Below, piece by piece: positions 21,115 through 30,206 of a stretch of DNA of 44,057 nt. Position 1 is the stretch's first letter; every line of letters begins with the position of its first letter. This stretch comes from Eubacteriales Family XIII. Incertae Sedis bacterium (GTDB lineage Bacteria > Bacillota > Clostridia > Peptostreptococcales > Anaerovoracaceae). The notes beneath the pieces are model-generated. The model saw only the letters and a list, made by a program, of their open reading frames with translations, ran no database searches and was not told the DNA's origin. The DNA lies in contig JAITMX010000114.1 of NCBI GenBank assembly GCA_031290775.1, forward strand, positions 1-44,057. Reading direction: 5' to 3'. Position numbers and translations under genes: made by a program.

Positions 21115-22347
21115 TTACCCTTCAAAGCGTTTGAAAATGACGGAGCCGTTGTGCCCGCCAAAACCAAAATTGTTGGACATCGCGTATTTGACGTCAAGTT
21201 TGCGCGGCCCCTCCGTTACGTAATCGAGATCAAGCTCCGGGTCTTTCTCTTTGTAATTGATGGTGGGCGGAATCACGCTTTCATTGATCGCCTTGACGCA
21301 GGCGACGGCTTCGATCGCGCCGGCCGCGCCGAGCAGGTGCGCCGTCATGGATTTGGTCGAGCTGATCGGGACCTCGTAAGCCGCTTTGCCAAAGACCTCT
21401 TTGACGGCGCGCGTTTCCATGAGGTCGTTGAGCGGCGTGCTCGTGCCGTGCGCGTTGATGTACGAAATCTCCCCGGGCGCGGCGCCGGCAGACTCGAGCG
21501 CCATGCGGATCGCGGCGGCGGCGTATACGCCGGACTCGAGCGGCGCCGTGATGTGGTGGCCGTCGCTCGTCGTGCCGTAGCCGACGACTTCCGCGAGGAT
21601 TTTCGCGCCGCGGGCTTTGGCGTGCCCGAGCTCCTCGATGATGAGGATGCCCGCGCCCTCTCCCATGATGAAGCCGCCGCGCTCCCGGTCGAACGGGATC
21701 GAAGCGCGGTTTTTGTCCGTCTGCGGATTCATAGCTTTCATATTCGCGAAGCTCGCGAAGCAGGTCGCCGCAAAAGGCGATTCCGCCGCGCCGGCGCAGG
21801 CCGCGTCCGCGTACCCATGCCGGACCGCGCGCCACGCCTCGCCGATGCAATGCGTGCCGCAGGCGCAGGCGGTGACGATGTCCATCGCTGTGCCGTGGAT
21901 GCCGTGCGCGATCGAAATGTAGCCGGACGCCATATTGCCGATAATCATCGGGACAAGCAGGGGGGACACGAATTTTTTGCCCTTTGAAATCTCTTTGCGC
22001 ACCTCTTCCTCGAGCGTCCGGATGCCGCCGATGCCGCTGCCGACATACGCGTTGACGCGCTCTGCCGGAATATTTTCCCCCGGCACAAGCCCGCTCATTG
22101 CAAAGGCTTCGTCCGCCGCGACGACCGCGTACTGGGCGAAGAGGTCGAGGCGCCTCGCTTCGCGGGCGTCGGGATATTCAAAATCCTTGACTTCGCCGCC
22201 AAGCACGACTTTCTGGTCGCCCGTGTCGAATTTTGTTATAAAATCAATGCCGTTCGCCCCCTTGATCAGATTGCCCCAAAACGTTTCCGCGTCGTTGCCG
22301 ATCGGCGTGACCGCGCCTACGCCCGTGATTACAACTCTTCTTGCCAT
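21115..22347 (-). CDS. fabF: 3-oxoacyl-ACP synthase II
   Basis: RRVVITG, TACA (catalytic Cys), NAHGTST, STKSMTAHLLGAAG and NNFGFGGHN. Confidence 0.97.
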   Translation of the reverse strand: MARRVVITGVGAVTPIGNDAETFWGNLIKGANGIDFITKFDTGDQKVVLGGEVKDFEYPDAREARRLDLFAQYAVVAADEAFAMSGLVPGENIPAERVNAYVGSGIGGIRTLEEEVRKEISKGKKFVSPLLVPMIIGNMASGYISIAHGIHGTAMDIVTACACGTHCIGEAWRAVRHGYADAACAGAAESPFAATCFASFANMKAMNPQTDKNRASIPFDRERGGFIMGEGAGILIIEELGHAKARGAKILAEVVGYGTTSDGHHITAPLESGVYAAAAIRMALESAGAAPGEISYINAHGTSTPLNDLMETRAVKEVFGKAAYEVPISSTKSMTAHLLGAAGAIEAVACVKAINESVIPPTINYKEKDPELDLDYVTEGPRKLDVKYAMSNNFGFGGHNGSVIFKRFEG

Positions 22348-22410
22348 TTCATTTCCCTCCGATGACTCCGTTGTTATTATTCCAAAACTTCTCCGCGTCC
22401 CCGGCGCCCC

Positions 22411-23163
22411 CTACATGACGAGGCCGCCGTCGATGGCGACGACCTGCCCCGTGATATACGCCGCCCGGTCCGAGCAGAGAAAAGCGACAAGGTACGCGAC
22501 CTCTTCGGGCGTTCCCGGGCGTCCGGCCGCGATGGCATTCAAGGCCTGCTCAAGCCGGCCCTCCGTGAGCGCCTTTGTCATGTCGGTGTCGATGAAACCG
22601 GGCGCGACGGCGTTGACCGTGACGCCTTTGCCGCCGAGCTCTTTGGCGGCCGACAGCGTGAGGCCGACAAGCCCTGCCTTTGACGCCGCGTAATTTGCCT
22701 GCCCCGCGTTGCCCTTGAGGCCCGCGACGGAGCTGATATTGACGACGCGGCCCGTGCGCTGTTTGAGCATAAAAGGCGAAAGCTCTTTCAGCATATAAAA
22801 CGCGCCGTTGAGGTTTGTCGCGATGACGCGGTCAAAACTTTCCTTCTTCATGCGCATGAGCAGCCCGTCGTCCGTCACGCCCGCGTTGTTGACCAAGAGA
22901 TCAACGCCGCCGTAGGCGTCTTTCACGCGGGCGGCGACTTCCTTTGCAAAATCCGCGTCGGCCGCGTCGCCTTTCAGCGCGACCGGCGCACGCGCCCCCG
23001 CCTCTTTGAGCAGCGCGAGCGTTTCCTGCGCCGCTGCGTCGTTTGATGCGTAAGTGAGGCAGACCTCGGCGCCCTCGCGCGCAAACTCGAGGGCGATCGC
23101 CCTGCCGATGCCGCGTGAGCCGCCCGTCACGACGGCGCGTTTGCCCTGCAATAATTTTTCCAC
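22411..23163 (-). CDS. fabG: 3-oxoacyl-ACP reductase
   Basis: TGGSRGIG, NNAG, YAASK and VAPGFI. GTG start at 23163 after GGAG. Confidence 0.95.
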   Translation of the reverse strand: MEKLLQGKRAVVTGGSRGIGRAIALEFAREGAEVCLTYASNDAAAQETLALLKEAGARAPVALKGDAADADFAKEVAARVKDAYGGVDLLVNNAGVTDDGLLMRMKKESFDRVIATNLNGAFYMLKELSPFMLKQRTGRVVNISSVAGLKGNAGQANYAASKAGLVGLTLSAAKELGGKGVTVNAVAPGFIDTDMTKALTEGRLEQALNAIAAGRPGTPEEVAYLVAFLCSDRAAYITGQVVAIDGGLVM

Positions 23164-23228
23164 TTTAATCTCCGTTTCCCCTATCGTGGCTTCGCTTCCC
23201 CATGTTTTTGAATAGCCCGCAACCGCCC

Positions 23229-24293
23229 TCATTCTTCAAATCGCCGCAGCTGCCCTGCGGCCTCTTCAAGCGATTCCGCGTCTTCCACATGCAGCGTCTG
23301 TATCTCCGGCGCCGTTTTTTTCACGAGCCCCGACAGCGTTTTGCCCGGCCCGGCCTCGACGATTGTTTCGATGCCGGCCGCCGCCATCGCCTCTATGGTA
23401 GCTTGCCACTGCACGGGGCTTTGAATCTGGCGCAGCATCACGGCCTTTGCCTTTGCGTCGGCATCCGCGTTGCCGGCCGCATCCGCCGCCGACCTATCCT
23501 CGCCCGGGACATCATCAGTTGAACTTGCCGGCATTTCCGCACCCGGACAATCCTCAAAAAGACCGCCCGTTACATTCAAGTACACCTTGAGCGACGGCGG
23601 CGCAAAAGCGTATGCTTTGAGCGCCTCGGCAAGCCCTTCGGCTGCCGGCCGCATGAGGGGGCTGTGAAAGGCGCCGCTGACGGGCAGCGGGATCGCCTTG
23701 ACGCCAAGGCTGCGGCCCGCTTTCGCGAGCCCTGAAAACCGCGCTACCGCCTCCGCGTCGCCGGCGACGACGGTCTGCTGCGGGCTGTTGAAATTGACGG
23801 CCTCAAGGATGCCATCGCCGCGCGCCTTTTCGACCAAGGCGAGGACGGCATCCCTGCCCCCCATGCCCGCCGCCATCGCGCCGCGCCCGCTTCCATCCGG
23901 ATTCGCCCCGGCCGCTTTCATGAGCAGGCTGCGCGTTCTCACAAGCGCGAGGCCCGTTTCAAAGCTGCCAATGATTCCGGCAGCCGTGAACGCGGCATAC
24001 TCGCCAAGGCTGAAGCCCGCGACGGCGCCCGGCGGCGGAAAGCCCGGGCCCAGCTTTTCGCGCAGCGCGGCGTACGCCGCCATATCCATCGTATAGACGG
24101 CGGGCTGCGTCACTTCCGTCTGCGCGAGCCGCTCGGCGCCGCCCTCAAAACAATCGTATTTGATTTCGCCCCCGGCCTCGTCAAAGACCCGCCGCGCCGC
24201 CGGGGAAGCTTCGTACAGGCTTCTGCCCATTCCGGGCTTCTGCGCGCCTTGGCCCGCAAACACGACCGCGTATTTTTTTGCTGCTTCCGTCAT
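23229..24293 (-). CDS. fabD: Malonyl-CoA:ACP transacylase
   Basis: FAGQGAQ, TQPA, GFSLGEY (usually GHSLG), VSGAFHS and EAGPGK. Confidence 0.94.
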   Translation of the reverse strand: MTEAAKKYAVVFAGQGAQKPGMGRSLYEASPAARRVFDEAGGEIKYDCFEGGAERLAQTEVTQPAVYTMDMAAYAALREKLGPGFPPPGAVAGFSLGEYAAFTAAGIIGSFETGLALVRTRSLLMKAAGANPDGSGRGAMAAGMGGRDAVLALVEKARGDGILEAVNFNSPQQTVVAGDAEAVARFSGLAKAGRSLGVKAIPLPVSGAFHSPLMRPAAEGLAEALKAYAFAPPSLKVYLNVTGGLFEDCPGAEMPASSTDDVPGEDRSAADAAGNADADAKAKAVMLRQIQSPVQWQATIEAMAAAGIETIVEAGPGKTLSGLVKKTAPEIQTLHVEDAESLEEAAGQLRRFEE

Positions 24294-24308
24294 TGTACTC
24301 TTCAAGGC

Positions 24309-25262
24309 CTAAGCGCCCGCGCCCATGCCAAGATATTCACCCTGCGCAGCATATACCTCCCTCATCCCATCCATAATCTCCGAGATGATTTCAGCCGCCG
24401 GCTGCTCCTTCTTCACGAGGCCCGCGCTTTGCCCCGCCATGAGCGATCCATAGTCGGCATCGCCGTCCACGACAGCCTTGCGCAGCGTGCCGCTCATAAG
24501 CCCTTCAAACTCCTCAACCGAGATGTCAACTTTTTCCCTTGACAGCATTTCGCGCGCGAGTTTGTTGCGAAGCACCCGCACGGGGTGGCCCGTGAAGCGG
24601 CCCGTGACGACCGTGTCCGTATCGCCCGCCGCGATGATGCGGTCTTTGTAAGACTGCGCCACGACGGCCTCCGTGGCGGAAAGAAAGCGCGTGCCAACCT
24701 GCACGCCCTTTGCGCCGAGCATAAAAGCCGCCGCCGCGCCGCGCCCGTCCGCGATACCGCCTGCCGCGATGACGGGGATGGAAACCGCGTCGGCGACCTG
24801 CGGCACGAGATTCATCGTCGTGATTTCGCCGATGTGGCCTCCGGATTCGCTGCCCTCCGCAACGACCGCGTCCGCCCCCGCCCGTTCCATGCGCTTGGCA
24901 AGCGCGGCGGACGCCACGACGGGGATGACGACGATACCTGCCGCTTTCAGCGCCTCGATATACTTGCCGGGGTTGCCCGCGCCCGTTGTGACCACGCGGA
25001 CTTTTTCGTCGATCGCAAGCTGCATGAGGTCGTCCGCAAACGGGCTCATGAGCATGATGTTGACGCCAAAGGGCTTGTCCGTCAGCGCGCGCGCGCCCTG
25101 TATCTGCCCGCGCACAAAATCCGCGTCCGCCGACCCGCCCGCGATGAGCCCAAGCCCGCCGCCGTTTGAGACGGCTGCCGCGAGTCGGTGTTCGGCCACC
25201 CATGCCATGGCGCCCTGTATGATGGGGTAACGTACGCCGAGCAATCCTGTGATATCTTTCAT
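24309..25262 (-). CDS. fabK: Enoyl-ACP reductase II
   Basis: YPIIQGAMAWV, TTGAGNP, EGSESGGHIG, AAGGIADGRG and MAGQSAGLV; fab operon context. Confidence 0.93.
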   Translation of the reverse strand: MKDITGLLGVRYPIIQGAMAWVAEHRLAAAVSNGGGLGLIAGGSADADFVRGQIQGARALTDKPFGVNIMLMSPFADDLMQLAIDEKVRVVTTGAGNPGKYIEALKAAGIVVIPVVASAALAKRMERAGADAVVAEGSESGGHIGEITTMNLVPQVADAVSIPVIAAGGIADGRGAAAAFMLGAKGVQVGTRFLSATEAVVAQSYKDRIIAAGDTDTVVTGRFTGHPVRVLRNKLAREMLSREKVDISVEEFEGLMSGTLRKAVVDGDADYGSLMAGQSAGLVKKEQPAAEIISEIMDGMREVYAAQGEYLGMGAGA

Positions 25263-26296
25263 AATCTCCTTTTCCTTCCTTCGCCGCCGAGCCGTTCGAT
25301 GTACTCTTTCTCGATGTACTCCTTCATGTACGGCATCTGAAACGACAACTCGCCATAGGCGCTGCGATAGATCATTCCCGCGTTGATGAGCCGCTCGCGA
25401 TACTTCGATGCATAGCCCGCGCTCACATCCATGCGCTTCGCGATGTCCCCAAATTCGCTCGGCCCGTCATCCTGCGCCATCGCCCAGAGAAAGACGCGGT
25501 CTTTGCTCGACAAACTCCAAACTTGCGGTTCGTGAATATTTTTGTATAATTCGATTTTTGCGAGAAATATCGCTTTGTCCGCCGCTTTGCCGTCAATCCT
25601 ATTTGCGTTTTTTGAAAGATAATAGCCGACGAGCTGAATCAAATAAGGATAGCCCGCCGTCGCTTCCGCCGCGCGCAGCAAAGCGCTGTTGGCGATGCCC
25701 GCCCCGACCGCGCCCGGGCCTTTCACGCTGCCCAAGCCCGGCCCATCCGCACCCGCGCCGTTTTCCGCAAACGCCTCTTCAAACAGCGAAAGGACTTCGT
25801 CCGTGCGGACGCTGCCGAGAGGGGCGCGGCGCGCCCGGCGCAGGAAGGCAAGTTCGCCGCCCTTCAGCAATTCGCCAACCTCGTGCGGCACGCCCGCAAG
25901 CAGCAGCATGACGTTTTCCCTCGCGGCGGCGCGGCGCGCGTAGCCTGCCAAAAACTCCCGCAAGCCGGGCCTGTCCGCCCGCGCGTCATCGGCAAAATAT
26001 ACCGCCGCCGCTTGCGCCGGGTTTCGCAACCCCTCTCCCTGCCCGATGGCATCCATTCGCGCGTCGTCAAGCAAATCGATTGACACGGCTTGCGCCGAAC
26101 CCAATCCCGCGCGAATCTCCGCGAGCAAGGCGGTCTTGCCCGAGCCTTTGACGCCGGTCACGACCATCGTCCGCCCGGGCTCGTCCGCGTCGTCTATCGC
26201 GGCACGGATATCGCGCAGCACGTCGTCGCGCCCCACAAGGCGCGCAGGCCGTTTCCCAAATCTCGGATCAAAAATGATTTTATTCTTTTCCTTCAT
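25259..26296 (-). CDS. P-loop ATPase with C-terminal winged-helix-like domain
   Basis: F.P.FGKRP..LVGRD, Walker A GVKGSGKT, GYPYLIQLVG and C-terminal YRERLI.AG.I. Walker B looks degenerate. ATGA-coupled to fabK. Confidence 0.75.
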   Translation of the reverse strand: MKEKNKIIFDPRFGKRPARLVGRDDVLRDIRAAIDDADEPGRTMVVTGVKGSGKTALLAEIRAGLGSAQAVSIDLLDDARMDAIGQGEGLRNPAQAAAVYFADDARADRPGLREFLAGYARRAAARENVMLLLAGVPHEVGELLKGGELAFLRRARRAPLGSVRTDEVLSLFEEAFAENGAGADGPGLGSVKGPGAVGAGIANSALLRAAEATAGYPYLIQLVGYYLSKNANRIDGKAADKAIFLAKIELYKNIHEPQVWSLSSKDRVFLWAMAQDDGPSEFGDIAKRMDVSAGYASKYRERLINAGMIYRSAYGELSFQMPYMKEYIEKEYIERLGGEGRKRRL

Positions 26297-26320
26297 ATCT
26301 TTTCATAAGTTTTCATAACT
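26291..26320 (-). promoter_or_regulatory. Three phased 10-bp direct repeats over the ATPase start
   Basis: Minus strand reads GTTATGAAAA CTTATGAAAA GATATGAAGG, with a TGGCATAAT extended -10-like element just upstream. Confidence 0.45.
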
Positions 26321-26402
26321 CTAAGGGCCATTATGCCACACTTCCAAATAAAAATGCAAGCGGACGGCGGAAAGCAAAGACAGGAGCCCAAGCACGTTGA
26401 AA

Positions 26403-26480
26403 AGGTTACAGTTCACGCTCCTGTACCACTGTCATTGCGAGCGAAGCGAAGCAATCCAGTGGATGATGGATTGCTTCGGT
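26403..26480. repeat. Palindromic element copy 3 (partial) with GTTACAGTTCAC arm
   Basis: AGGTTACAGTTCAC..GTCATTGCGAGCGAAGCGAAGCAATCCAGTGGATGATGGATTGCTTCG. Confidence 0.85.
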
Positions 26481-26497
26481 TGCTGCGCACCCTCAGC

Positions 26498-26548
26498 CAC
26501 TTTCACAAAATCAAAGATTTTGGCCTGTACCCGCCAAGGGTGAAAGTG
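26498..26548. repeat. Second palindrome type abutting copy 3
   Basis: CACTTTCAC / GTGAAAGTG outer stem with an inner CAAAATC-AAA-GATTTTG hairpin. Confidence 0.6.
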
Positions 26549-26624
26549 TTGCATCTGAAATATTACATATTTTTTCCATATTTCTCCACGCATTTTCCAT
26601 GTGTTTATTCCCGCCGCTATGCTG

Positions 26625-27197
26625 TCATGACAGCGTTTTTGGCACAAAAAGCGTCCTTGCCTTTGCGACGAGGATGGACAGCACGACCGCGAGCATGACC
26701 GCGTTGGCGGCTGCGCTGGCGCCGTTTGCGATGAATGAATATACGTATGGGCTCATGCCTTCCGGCGCGTAGCTTCCCCAGAAAACAACGCCCGCCCAGA
26801 AGTGGAAAAACCAGCGCGCGACCGCAGACGCAATTGCGGCGAAAACGACAGTGCGCACTATGGCGCCGGTTTTCCCTGACGCGAAACCGCGCTTCAGCGT
26901 TCCGGAGAATATCCCCCCAAAACCGCCGAACGCGAAGGCAAGCGGGTATTCGAGCAAGACCTGCGGAATCGTCAGGATATACGCCTTGCCGAGCATGATG
27001 AGCAGCAAGCCCCAAACAAAACCGACGGCCAACCCCGGCACGAGCCCACGCCTAAGCGCATAGACGCCGAGCGGGATGAGGCCGAGCGACAGGTCAAACG
27101 CCGCGTTTGCCGTGTTCAGCGGTATGAAAGAGAGAGCCACGGCAATCGCCGCGATAATCGCGCCTTCAACTAATGCAATAAGTTTGGTGTTTTTCAT
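26625..27197 (-). CDS. thiT: ECF S-component thiamine transporter
   Basis: Hydrophobic protein with EGAIIAA, LRRG..PG..VG, QVLLEY, HFWAGVVFWGSYAPEG and YSFIAN. TPP riboswitch upstream. Confidence 0.93.
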   Translation of the reverse strand: MKNTKLIALVEGAIIAAIAVALSFIPLNTANAAFDLSLGLIPLGVYALRRGLVPGLAVGFVWGLLLIMLGKAYILTIPQVLLEYPLAFAFGGFGGIFSGTLKRGFASGKTGAIVRTVVFAAIASAVARWFFHFWAGVVFWGSYAPEGMSPYVYSFIANGASAAANAVMLAVVLSILVAKARTLFVPKTLS

Positions 27198-27202
27198 AGC
27201 CT

Positions 27203-27316
27203 TTTCCTCCGTCGGTATTATCCGCATCAGGTTCCGGGGTTCGGCACGGCGCAACCGCGCTCTGCCGTCTCAGCCATCACCGGGAAAAATCTCCGGGCGA
27301 GTAGGCACCCCCTTTG
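27203..27316 (-). ncRNA. TPP (THI-box) riboswitch
   Basis: Minus strand GGGGTGC..GCTGAGA..ACCC..AACCTGATGCGGATAATACCGACGGAGGAA directly before thiT. Confidence 0.93.
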
Positions 27317-27329
27317 GGTTGTCCTCGCT

Positions 27330-27359
27330 ATCTTATTGCACTTCTGCGGCAGATGTCAA
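27330..27359 (-). promoter_or_regulatory. sigmaA-like promoter for thiT
   Basis: TTGACA-N18-TAAGAT just upstream of the riboswitch. Confidence 0.6.
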
Positions 27360-27397
27360 GCGAAATTATTGGCGCCCACGGCGCCCCCACGGCCCCC

Positions 27398-27465
27398 CGG
27401 CAATCCATGAACCACCGGATTGCTTCGCTTCGCTCGCAATGACGGGTAGGGTGTGAACTGCAACT
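27398..27465. repeat. Palindromic element copy 4 (partial, inverted relative to copy 3)
   Basis: Reverse complement reads AGTTGCAGTTCACACCCTACCCGTCATTGCGAGCGAAGCGAAGCAATCCGGTGGTTCATGGATTGCCG. Confidence 0.87.
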
Positions 27466-27475
27466 GCGCGGCGCA

Positions 27476-28693
27476 TTATCGCATATAGGCGTGCAGGCGC
27501 TGCGCGGCTTCAAGCAGGAAAGTCTCTGTGTTGACTTGCTCCTTGTTTGCGAGCGTTGAGATTGCGTACAGATCGCCCGTCATAAGGCCGGCGCCGATCG
27601 TTTCCAAGACGGCGAGCTCAACCTTGGCCGCAAAATCCGCGAGCCGCGGCAGGGTGTCAAGCTCCGCGCGTTTTTTCAGTGCGCCCGTCCACGCAAAAAC
27701 CGTCGCGACAGAGTTGGTCGACGTCTGCTCTCCACCGGCGTGTTTGTAATAGTGCCGCTGGACAGTGCCGTGCGCCGCCTCGTATTCATAGCATCCCTGT
27801 GGCGAGACAAGGACGCTCGTCATCATCGCGAGCGAGCCGAAAGCCGTCGCGACCATATCGCTCATCACATCCCCGTCATAATTTTTGCAGGCCCATATGA
27901 AGCCGCCCTTTGAGCGGATCACGCGCGCAATCGCGTCGTCGATGAGCGTGTAAGAATACGCAATGCCGGCCTCGTCGAATTTCTCTTTGTATTCGGCGGC
28001 GAAAACCCCCTCGAAAATGTCGCGGAAACGTCGGTCGTAAGTCTTGGAGATCGTGTCCTTCGCCGCAAACCAAAGGTCCTGTTTTGTGCTGGCCGCATAA
28101 TTCATGCAGGCGTGCGCAAACGATTCGATGCTCGCGTCCGTATTGTGGACGCCTTGCACAACGCCGCCCGAGCCGTCAAACGAATATATTGACAGGCGTT
28201 TTTCGCTGCCGTCCGGCGCCGTCACCACGAGCTCTGCCTTTGCGCCGATTTCGCAGGGCGACTCCGTGTTGCGGTAGATGTCGCCGTACGCGTGGCGCGC
28301 GATCGTGATCGGGCGCTTCCATGTCGGGATGTACGGTACGACGCCTTTTGCGAGGATGGGCGCACGGAAAACGGTGCCGTCGAGGAGGGCGCGGATCGTG
28401 CCGTTGGGCGACTTGTACATCTCTGTCAGATTGTATTCCTTGACACGCTCCTCGTTGGGCGTGATCGTCGCGCACTTGACCCCGACGCCATACTGCTTGA
28501 TCGCCTCGGCGGCACCTGTTGTGATTCCATCCTTCGTGCGCTCGCGCTCGGGCAGGCCGAGGTCGAAGTATTCGGTTTTGAGCTCGACAAAAGGGTCGAG
28601 CAAGATCTCTTTGACCCAAGCCCATATGACGCGGGTCATTTCGTCGCCGTCCATCTCGACAAGGGGCGTATTCATTTTGATTTTCCCACTCAT
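27476..28693 (-). CDS. icd: NADP-dependent isocitrate dehydrogenase (eukaryote-like type)
   Basis: VEMDGDEMTR, VKCATITP, SPNGTIR, KNYDGDVMSD and EAAHGTVQRHY. ATG 28693 follows GGAGG. Confidence 0.97.
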   Translation of the reverse strand: MSGKIKMNTPLVEMDGDEMTRVIWAWVKEILLDPFVELKTEYFDLGLPERERTKDGITTGAAEAIKQYGVGVKCATITPNEERVKEYNLTEMYKSPNGTIRALLDGTVFRAPILAKGVVPYIPTWKRPITIARHAYGDIYRNTESPCEIGAKAELVVTAPDGSEKRLSIYSFDGSGGVVQGVHNTDASIESFAHACMNYAASTKQDLWFAAKDTISKTYDRRFRDIFEGVFAAEYKEKFDEAGIAYSYTLIDDAIARVIRSKGGFIWACKNYDGDVMSDMVATAFGSLAMMTSVLVSPQGCYEYEAAHGTVQRHYYKHAGGEQTSTNSVATVFAWTGALKKRAELDTLPRLADFAAKVELAVLETIGAGLMTGDLYAISTLANKEQVNTETFLLEAAQRLHAYMR

Positions 28694-28806
28694 TTTGTTC
28701 CTCCCGCATAACAGACCATTGCTTAGTTCCGGCGCCAAAGAGTAGTATACCAAAACTGTTCGCATGATATATAATAAGAAGAGATTTCAGAGGAGGAGGA
28801 GACAGG

Positions 28807-29451
28807 ATGAAAGCATTGTTGGTCAACGGCAGCCCAAACCAAAAAGGCAATACATACGTTGCGCTTCGCGCGGCGGCGGACGCGCTCGAGGCGGAGGGCG
28901 TCGAGGCCGAAATCTACCAAATACCGGCGGGGCCCGTCAGAGGATGCGCCGCTTGCGGGGTTTGCAAAACAAACGGGGGCAATCGCTGCGCGTTTGACGG
29001 CGACGCAGTCAACGCGATTCTTGACAAAATGGAAGGCGCGGATGCGCTCATCATCGGATCGCCCGTATACTACGCTTCGCCAAACGGGCAGCTTTTGTCC
29101 GTTCTCGACCGCGTTTTTTTTGCCGGGGCCGCCGGGGCGGCTTTTGCGGGCAAACCGGGCGCGGCGGTCTGCGCGGCAAGGCGGGGCGGCGCCACGGCCA
29201 CGCTTGACGCCCTGCAAAAATATTTCCCGATCTCCGGCATGCCCATCGTCCCCGCGACCTACTGGCCCATGGTCCACGGGGGGGCGCCCGGCGAAGCCAT
29301 ACGCGACGAAGAGGGCGTCCAAGCCGCGCAAATGGTCGGCAAGACGACCGCGTGGCTGCTCAAATGCATTGAGGCCGGACGCGCTGCGGGCATCGCGTAT
29401 CCCGAGGCGCCGGGCGGCAAAAAGGTCTGGACCAACTTCATACGCGCCTGA
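28807..29451 (+). CDS. Iron-sulfur flavoprotein / multimeric flavodoxin WrbA family
   Basis: NGSPNQKGNT, CxxCxxC..C, GSPVYY and RRGG. Confidence 0.88.
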   Translation: MKALLVNGSPNQKGNTYVALRAAADALEAEGVEAEIYQIPAGPVRGCAACGVCKTNGGNRCAFDGDAVNAILDKMEGADALIIGSPVYYASPNGQLLSVLDRVFFAGAAGAAFAGKPGAAVCAARRGGATATLDALQKYFPISGMPIVPATYWPMVHGGAPGEAIRDEEGVQAAQMVGKTTAWLLKCIEAGRAAGIAYPEAPGGKKVWTNFIRA

Positions 29452-29519
29452 CAGGCTGACAGACGCGGCCGGCCCCGGTTTTTCAGCCCCGATTCAGCTA
29501 TAGGGGGTAGCTTTATATT

Positions 29520-30203
29520 ATGAAAGTATTGATTGTTGAAGATGAAAAGCGCCTCGCTGAGGCCGTCGCTCAAAACCTGCGTCGGCAAAACTTCGACACG
29601 GACGTTTCGTTTGACGGCGAGGAGGGCCTGTACAACGCATTGACAGGCGTTTACGATGTAATCCTGCTCGATATCATGCTGCCGAAAAAAGACGGGCTCT
29701 CCGTCCTCTCCGAGCTTCGCGCCGACGGCGTTGCGACGCCCGTCATCCTGCTCACGGCGCTCGGTGAAGTGGAAGACCGCGTACGCGGCCTCGACAAGGG
29801 CGCGGATGATTACCTCCCAAAGCCTTTCAAGACGGAGGAGCTCGTCGCGCGCATCAAGGCGGTGACGCGGCGGCGCGGCGCTTTTCATACGGACGACCTG
29901 CTGGCTTTTGGGGATATCGGGCTCAATCCCCTCTCGCTCGTCCTGACGCGCGGGGACAAGTCGTTCACGCTGACGCAAAAGGAGTCGCATCTGCTTGAAT
30001 ACCTCATCGAAAACGAGGGCATTCGTTTGTCTGCGGACACGATCATCGAAAAAATCTGGGGTTACGACAGCGACGCCGAAGACGGCAATGTGCAGGCTTA
30101 TATGTCGTTTTTGCGCAAAAAGCTCGCGGCGCTCGGCAGCGGCGTACGCATCGGAAATGTTCGCGGCTCTGGCTACATGCTCGAATACGGCGCACCGGAG
30201 TAG
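29520..30203 (+). CDS. OmpR-family response regulator
   Basis: VEDE, LDIMLP, GADDYLPKPF and C-terminal winged helix (VRGSGY). Confidence 0.95.
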   Translation: MKVLIVEDEKRLAEAVAQNLRRQNFDTDVSFDGEEGLYNALTGVYDVILLDIMLPKKDGLSVLSELRADGVATPVILLTALGEVEDRVRGLDKGADDYLPKPFKTEELVARIKAVTRRRGAFHTDDLLAFGDIGLNPLSLVLTRGDKSFTLTQKESHLLEYLIENEGIRLSADTIIEKIWGYDSDAEDGNVQAYMSFLRKKLAALGSGVRIGNVRGSGYMLEYGAPE

Positions 30204-30206
30204 CAT

